Shown here one piece after another: positions 58,601-64,000 of a DNA stretch of 64,000 nt. The position numbers were made by a program, and so were the translations under genes. The notes below the pieces were generated by a model that was given only the letters and a program-made list of their open reading frames with translations, did no database searches and had not been told where the DNA came from. The first letter of the stretch is position 1. Every line of letters starts with the position of its first letter. Source of the stretch: Candidatus Rokuibacteriota bacterium. Lineage in GTDB: Bacteria; Methylomirabilota; Methylomirabilia; Rokubacteriales; DASRDR01. The stretch spans positions 931 through 64,930 of the forward strand of contig JBIOVM010000173.1 of the NCBI GenBank assembly GCA_044867785.1, given 5' to 3'.

Positions 58601-60422
58601 GCTCGAGGTGCGCAACCGCGAGCTGACGGAATCGCTCGAGCAGCAGACCGCGACCGCAGAGATCCTCCACGTCATTTCCCGCTCGCCGACCGACGTCCAG
58701 CCGGTCTTCGACTCCATTCTCGATCGGGCGATCCGGCTCGCGGACGGGCTGTTCGGCGCGGCTTTCTCCTTCGACGGCGAGCTCGTTCACCTCGTCGCGC
58801 ACCATGGTCTCTCTGACGAAGCCCTGGCACTCAACCGGCGCGTCTACCCGATGGCGCCGGGCCCGGGGCAGCTGACGGCCCTAGCTGTGCTCGAGAAGCG
58901 GGTAGTCCATCTCCGGGACGTGGACACGGACACGGACGTGCCCGAAATGACCCGACAGCTGGGTCGAGTGATCGGGTTTCGGTCTCTTTTGGCGGTTCCC
59001 ATGCTCCGTGAGGACCGCGCGGTGGGGGTGCTGACGATCACTCGGGCCGCCGGCGAATTTTCGCCGAGGCACATCGAGCTCGTGAAGACCTTCGCGGACC
59101 AGGCGGTGATCGCGATCGAGAACGTGCGCCTCTTCCAGGAGCTCGAGGCGCGAACTCGGGAGCTGGCGCGGTCGGTGGAGGAGCTCCAGGCACTCAGCGA
59201 GGTCGGGCGGGCGGTCAGCTCGACGCTCGACCTGCCCACGGTGCTCGCCACCATCGTGACGCGAGCTGTCCAGCTGTCCGGCACGAGCAGCGGCGTCCTC
59301 TACGAGTACGACGAAGCGACCCAGACCTTTCACCTGCAGGCCAGCCACCAGACCGAGACCGAGGTGGTCGAGGCCCTGCGGGCGTCACCGATCCAGCTCG
59401 GGGAGGGGGCGACCGGGCGGGCCGTCGTTCGGCGAGGGCCGGTGGAGGTCGTCGACCTCGTCGAGGATCAGCAGTTCAAGCCCGTTCTGAGGACGATCCT
59501 GACGCGGCTGGGCTATCGCTCCATCCTGAGCATTCCGCTTCTGCTCGAGCAGCGGATCCTCGGCGCGCTGACCGTGTCGCGGCGTGAGCCCGGGAGCTTC
59601 CCGCCGGAGACGGTGAGCTTGCTCCAGACTTTCGCGACCCAGTCCGCGCTCGCCATCCAGAACGCCCGCCTGTTCCGGGAGATCGAGGCGAAGAGCCGGG
59701 AGCTCGAGGTGGCGAGCCGCCACAAGAGCCAGTTCCTCGCCAACATGAGCCACGAGCTGCGCACGCCCCTCAACGCGATCCTCGGCTATTCGGAGCTCAT
59801 GGTGGATGGGATCTACGGCGACCTGCCCACGAAGGCCGCGGATGTCATGGCGCGGATCGACCGGAGCGGCAAGCACCTCCTCGGCCTGATCAACGACGTC
59901 CTGGACCTGTCGAAGATCGAGGCCGGCCAGCTCGAGCTCGGCCTCGCCGACTACTCGCTGGCCGAGGTCGTGCACGCCGTGGTCACCCAGGTGGAGTCCC
60001 TGGCGGCGGAGAAAGGCCTCATCCTCCAGGCGACCGTCGCCCCGGACCTGCCCGCGGGGCGAGGCGACGAGCGGCGGCTGGCCCAGGTGCTGCTGAACCT
60101 CGTCGGCAACGCCCTCAAGTTCACCGAGGTGGGATCGGTCCGCATCGTCGCCCACCGGGATGACGACACCTTCGTCGTGTCCGTCGCCGACAGCGGGCCC
60201 GGGATCGCGGAGGCGGACCGGCAGCGCATCTTCGAGGAGTTCCAGCAGGCCGACAGCTCGAGCACCCGGAAGAAGGGCGGGACCGGGCTCGGGCTCTCGA
60301 TTGCCAAGCGCATCATCGAGCTCCACGGCGGCCGGATCTGGGTCGAGTCGACGGTGGGACGCGGATCGGTCTTCAGCTTCCGGGTGCCCGTGCGCGTCGA
60401 GCGCCAGGCCGCGCGAGCCTGA
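55605..60422 (+). CDS. Membrane-anchored sensor histidine kinase with seven tandem GAF modules
   Basis: Two N-terminal hydrophobic helices are followed by seven repeats, each ending in the helix [39 protein letters not shown]. Then come the H-box [15 protein letters not shown], N-box [10 protein letters not shown], G1 DSGPGI and G2 [13 protein letters not shown]. Confidence 0.9.
   Translation: [1605 protein letters not shown]
55960..59700 (+). repeat. Intragenic tandem repeat: seven GAF-plus-linker modules with a period of about 525-560 nt
   Basis: The conserved linker codon (D/G/T of F-A-D-Q) recurs at 56409, 56967, 57501, 58032, 58557, 59097 and 59637. The linker blocks of about 130 nt are clearly similar at DNA level (for example, compare 56409-56540 with 57501-57640). 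Confidence 0.85.
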
Positions 60423-60424
60423 TC

Positions 60425-60790
60425 GTGGCCCAGCGCATCCTGGTCGTCGAGGACCACGAGGAGAACCGCCAGATCCTGCGCGACCTCCTCGGCCACGCCG
60501 GCTACGCGATGCTCGAGGCCCACACGGGGGCGGACGGCGTGGCCGCCGCCGCGCGCGAGCGCCCGGACCTGATCCTGATGGACATCCAGCTGCCCGGGAT
60601 CGACGGCTACGAGGTGACGCGCCGGATCAAGGCGGACCCGGCGCTCCGCGCGATCCCGATCATCGCGGTCACGTCCTACGCGCTCTCCGGCGACGACCAG
60701 AAGGCGCTCGCCGCCGGCTGCGACGCCTACGTGACGAAGCCGTTCAGCCCGCGCGCGCTGCTGGGGAAGATCCGCGAGCTCCTCGGATGA
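60425..60790 (+). CDS. Single-domain response regulator (CheY-like receiver)
   Basis: ILVVEDHEENR, LILMDIQLPGIDG, IIAVTSYA and TKPF are present. The GTG start lies 2 nt after the kinase stop. Confidence 0.9.
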   Translation: MAQRILVVEDHEENRQILRDLLGHAGYAMLEAHTGADGVAAAARERPDLILMDIQLPGIDGYEVTRRIKADPALRAIPIIAVTSYALSGDDQKALAAGCDAYVTKPFSPRALLGKIRELLG

Positions 60791-60794
60791 CGCC

Positions 60795-61910
60795 GTGAGG
60801 ACGCCGCCGCGCCTCCTGGTCGCCGACGACAACCCCCTGAACGTCGACATCCTCCGGACCCGCCTCGGCGCCCAGGGCTACGAGGTCCTCACGGCGACCG
60901 ACGGCGAAGCCGCTCTGGGGCTCGCGCGCGAGCAGCTGCCGGACCTGCTTCTCCTCGACATCATGATGCCGGGACTCGACGGGCTCGAGGTGTGCCGGCG
61001 GCTGAAGGCCGACTCCGCGCTCCCGTTCATGCCCGTCATCCTCGTGACGGCCAAGGCCGACTCCCGGGACGTCGTGGCCGGGCTCGAGGCGGGCGCCGAC
61101 GAGTACCTGACGAAGCCGGTCGACCAGGCCGCGCTCGTCTCGCGGGTCAAGTCCATGCTCCGCATCAAGGCGCTCCACGACACGGTCGAGGAGCAGGCCG
61201 CGGCGCTGGGCGAGTGGAACCGGACGCTCGAGGCCCGGGTCCACGCTCAGGTGGAGCAGCTCGAGCGCCTGGGGCGGCTCAAGCGCTTCTTCTCGCCCCA
61301 GCTCGCGGACGCCATCGTGCAGGGCGGCGCGGAGGACCCGCTGCGGACCCACCGGCGGGAGGTGACGGTGGTGTTCGCGGACCTCCGGGGGTTCACCGCC
61401 TTCGCCGAAGCGGCGGAGCCCGAGGACGTGATGGCGGTCCTCCGCGAGTATCACGGCGAGATGGGCCGCCTGATCCTGACCCACGAGGGCACGCTCGAGC
61501 GGTTCACCGGGGACGGCGTGATGGTCTTCTTCAACGACCCGATCCCCGTGCCCGATGCGCCGGAGCGTGCGGTGCGAATGGCCGTCGCCATGCGGGACCG
61601 CGTCGCCGAGCTCGCCGCCGGCTGGCGCAAGGAGGGCTACGAGCTCGACCTCGGGCTGGGCATCGCGCGAGGCTACGCGACGCTCGGCGCGATCGGCTTC
61701 GAGGGGCGCTGGGACTACGCGGCGCTCGGGACGGTGACGAACCTCGCGGCCCGGCTCTGCGCCGAGGCCCGTCCGGGACAGATCCTGGTCGCCCATCGCG
61801 TGCTGGCGGCCCTCGAGACCCTGGTGGCGGTGGAGCCGCTGGGCGAGCTCCCGCTCAAGGGTTTCCTCCGCCCCGTCCCGGTCTTCAACGTGCTGGGGCT
61901 GCGCGGGTAG
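60795..61910 (+). CDS. Response regulator receiver fused to a class III nucleotidyl cyclase domain
   Basis: The receiver has LLVADDNPLN, LLLLDIMMPGLDG and TKPV. A coiled-coil linker follows. The cyclase core has VTVVFADLRGFT, RFTGDGVMVFF and GTVTNLAARL. Confidence 0.85.
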   Translation: MRTPPRLLVADDNPLNVDILRTRLGAQGYEVLTATDGEAALGLAREQLPDLLLLDIMMPGLDGLEVCRRLKADSALPFMPVILVTAKADSRDVVAGLEAGADEYLTKPVDQAALVSRVKSMLRIKALHDTVEEQAAALGEWNRTLEARVHAQVEQLERLGRLKRFFSPQLADAIVQGGAEDPLRTHRREVTVVFADLRGFTAFAEAAEPEDVMAVLREYHGEMGRLILTHEGTLERFTGDGVMVFFNDPIPVPDAPERAVRMAVAMRDRVAELAAGWRKEGYELDLGLGIARGYATLGAIGFEGRWDYAALGTVTNLAARLCAEARPGQILVAHRVLAALETLVAVEPLGELPLKGFLRPVPVFNVLGLRG

Positions 61911-61984
61911 AATGGGGTCCTGAGCGAGGCGTCGCGAAAGAGGGCTCGCCGCCGATCCCCGGATTGTGGCATCGTAGTCGGCCG

Positions 61985-62770
61985 ATGGACACCGTGACAC
62001 CCGGCCAGCCGTCGTCGTTCTGGGACGACGTCGGCGCGCACTTCCCCTCGCTGAAGGGGGCGCCGTCGACGGCCTACTACTTCGAATGCGAGCGGTGGCT
62101 CTTCGAGACCTTCGCCCCGAAGCTTCGCGACCGCGTCGTGGCGAAAACGGATCTCTGGGACGAGGCGAAGAACACCGAGATCCTGCGCTGGGTGGCCGAG
62201 CAGGGGGCCAGTCCGGCCGGCATCGACGTGTCGCTGCCCACCGTGCGCGCCGCGCGAGGGGTGCTGGCCTCTCACCGGCCTGCGCTCGCGGGCGGGGACG
62301 TGCGGGCGATGCCGTTCCGGACCGGGTCCGTGGACGTCGTCTACTCGATGGGGACGATCGAGCACTTCCCGGAGTACGCGCAGGCCGTCGGCGAGATCTT
62401 CCGCGTGCTCAAGCCGGGCGGCCTGGCCATCGTCGGCGTGCCGAACAAGCTCGATCCGTTCCTCCGGCCCCTCATGGTCCACGTGCTGAACGCGTGCGGG
62501 CTCTACGGCTACGGGATGGAGAAGTCGTTCACGCCCGGCGCGCTCCAGCGGTTGCTGGAATCGGCGGGCTTCCGGGTCACCGCCCGAACGGGGATCCTGT
62601 TCATGCCGGGCTGGCTCCGGATGCTGGAGCTCTGGCTCTACACGCGGCGGTCTCCGCTCACCGGCGTGACGACGCCGCTCGTGCGCCTGTTCGCCTGGCT
62701 CTATCGCCGAGTCCCCGCCGTTCGCCGGCACGGCTACTTGACCGTCTGCGTGGCGGAACGCCCCGCCTGA
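61985..62770 (+). CDS. Class I SAM-dependent methyltransferase
   Basis: GIDVS, DVVYSMGTIEHFPE and LKPGGLAIVGVPN are present. The upstream 330 codons of the tracked ORF are shadow of the cyclase gene. Confidence 0.75.
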   Translation: MDTVTPGQPSSFWDDVGAHFPSLKGAPSTAYYFECERWLFETFAPKLRDRVVAKTDLWDEAKNTEILRWVAEQGASPAGIDVSLPTVRAARGVLASHRPALAGGDVRAMPFRTGSVDVVYSMGTIEHFPEYAQAVGEIFRVLKPGGLAIVGVPNKLDPFLRPLMVHVLNACGLYGYGMEKSFTPGALQRLLESAGFRVTARTGILFMPGWLRMLELWLYTRRSPLTGVTTPLVRLFAWLYRRVPAVRRHGYLTVCVAERPA

Positions 62771-62816
62771 CGGGCCGGTTCGCGCACGTCGCGCGGGGCT
62801 CGCGTCGCGGCCCCGA

Positions 62817-62825
62817 TGCTATACT
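62817..62825 (+). promoter_or_regulatory. Extended -10 box TGCTATACT 12 nt upstream of the rimO ATG
   Basis: Read directly. There is no SD between it and ATG 62838. Confidence 0.4.
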
Positions 62826-62837
62826 CCACGTCTGGCC

Positions 62838-64000
62838 ATGAACGTCCATGTCGTGAACCTCGGGTGCCCGAAGAACCAGGTCGACGGCGAGCTGATGCTC
62901 GGGCTCCTCGCCCGGGACGGCGTGACGCCGGTGGACCGGCCCGAGGCGGCCGACTGCGTCGTCGTGAACACGTGCGCATTCATCGACCGGGCCAAGCGGG
63001 AGTCGATCGAGACGATCCTCGAGCTCGGCGCCTGGAAAGCCGAGGCGTCGGGCCGCCGCCTGGTCGTGACGGGCTGCCTGCCGCAGCGCTACGGCGCCGG
63101 CCTGCTCGCCGAGCTGCCCGAGGTCGACGCGATGGTCGGGACGGGCGAGCTCCCTCGCATCGTGGACGTGGTCCGGCGGCTCGACGCGCGCGAGGCGTGG
63201 GTGACCGGCGCGCCGCCGGGCTACGTGTACCGAGCCGACAGCCCGCGCCATCGCCAGCGGGGCGTGCCGTACGCCTACGTGAAGATCGCCGAGGGGTGCA
63301 ACATGGGCTGCACCTTCTGCGCGATCCCGCTCATGCGCGGCCGTCATCGGAGCCGGGCCCTCGCCGACGTGGTGGCGGAGGTGGAAGCCCTCGCGCGGGA
63401 CGGCCTCCAGGAAGTGGTGCTGGTCTCCCAGGACACGCTGGCCTGGGGCAAGGACCTTCCGGGCCCCGGCCGTCCTGATTTCGGGGATCTCCTCTTGGCG
63501 CTGTCCGAGACGTCGATCCCGTGGCTCCGCTACCTCTACCTCCACCCGGCGCACGTGACCGACGGGCTCGTCCGGAAGCTCGGCCGGGCGCGCGCCCTGC
63601 CGTACCTCGACATGCCGATCCAGCACGCGGACGACGGCGTGCTCCGCGCGATGCGGCGCGGCGTGACCCGTCGACGCATGGCCGAGATCGTCGACGCCCT
63701 CCGGGAGGCGATCCCGGGAGCCACGCTCCGGACGACGGTGCTGGTCGGCTTTCCGGGGGAGACGGAGGCCGCGTTCGAGACGCTGCTCGAGTTCCTGGAA
63801 GAGGCGCGCTTCGACCGTGTCGGGAGCTTCGTCTTCTCCGCCGAGGAGGGGACCCCGGCGGCCGCGCTGCCCGATCCCGTGCCGCCCGACGTCGCCGCGG
63901 AGCGGGCGCGGGTCGTCCAGGAGACCCAGGATCGGCTGATCTGGGAGCGCCCGACCGTCACGGTCGGATCGGTGCACGAGGTGCTGGTCGACGGCCCGAG
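62838..64000 (+). CDS. rimO: Ribosomal protein S12 methylthiotransferase RimO, 3' partial
   Basis: My translation is MNVHVVNLGCPKNQVDGE..., with VVVNTCAFIDRAK and radical-SAM EGCNMGCTFCAIP. It is open to the right window edge, so it is absent from the track, which shows only shadow ORFs here. Confidence 0.85.
   Translation, partial: MNVHVVNLGCPKNQVDGELMLGLLARDGVTPVDRPEAADCVVVNTCAFIDRAKRESIETILELGAWKAEASGRRLVVTGCLPQRYGAGLLAELPEVDAMVGTGELPRIVDVVRRLDAREAWVTGAPPGYVYRADSPRHRQRGVPYAYVKIAEGCNMGCTFCAIPLMRGRHRSRALADVVAEVEALARDGLQEVVLVSQDTLAWGKDLPGPGRPDFGDLLLALSETSIPWLRYLYLHPAHVTDGLVRKLGRARALPYLDMPIQHADDGVLRAMRRGVTRRRMAEIVDALREAIPGATLRTTVLVGFPGETEAAFETLLEFLEEARFDRVGSFVFSAEEGTPAAALPDPVPPDVAAERARVVQETQDRLIWERPTVTVGSVHEVLVDGP

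Overview
This is a very GC-rich, densely coding bacterial chromosomal segment (about 70% G+C by eye, not computed). I support about 50 protein genes. I saw no rRNA, tRNA, CRISPR array, transposase or integrase. I chose frames using recognisable protein motifs plus the strong G/C bias at codon third positions. Most long antisense ORFs in the supplied track are Arg/Pro/Gly-rich shadow ORFs and were discarded.

The window has three blocks.

(1) 1-31.7 kb is a large envelope-glycan (O-antigen/EPS-like) biosynthesis island. It holds GT-B and GT2 glycosyltransferases and two MraY/WecA-family initiating transferases, one with an unusual C-terminal fusion. It also holds a Wzx-like flippase, an O-antigen-ligase/polymerase-like protein, four further polytopic GT-C-like membrane proteins and an MsbA-like ABC exporter. 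Other genes are GDP-fucose synthase, an AsnB-family amidotransferase, a zinc-ribbon SAM methyltransferase, an SDR epimerase/dehydratase next to a UbiA-family decaprenyl-phosphate phosphoribosyltransferase homolog, and a wHTH regulator. A peroxiredoxin-VIT1 operon and a DUF362 gene are embedded in the island.

(2) 31.9-51.6 kb is housekeeping: gltX, a Na/Pi cotransporter, glgA, glnB, glnE, polA, a PhzF-like gene, coaE, rsmA, RNase J, ftsK, lolA and yajQ.

(3) 51.7-64 kb holds an intact vapB next to a decayed vapC, then trpE-trpG, a small two-gene nucleotidyltransferase module, and a 1605-aa sensor kinase with seven tandem GAF modules. After the kinase come a CheY-like receiver, a receiver-class III cyclase, a methyltransferase and the 5' part of rimO.

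The most notable hand-found signals are these. A textbook tryptophan attenuator sits upstream of trpE: a 33-codon leader with 5 Trp codons in 7, plus an intrinsic terminator and a near-consensus promoter. -10 boxes recur 6-12 nt upstream of start codons, which suggests leaderless or near-leaderless mRNAs. There are three decayed genes: vapC, a frameshifted coiled-coil gene and a 44-codon histidine-phosphatase relic. A perfect 9-N5-9 palindrome abuts the island regulator. The UbiA/GT-C-rich composition of the island points to polyprenyl-phosphate-pentose dependent extracytoplasmic glycosylation. I found no clearly novel multi-gene defence-type system; the best candidates for undescribed biology are listed in the findings with their limits.
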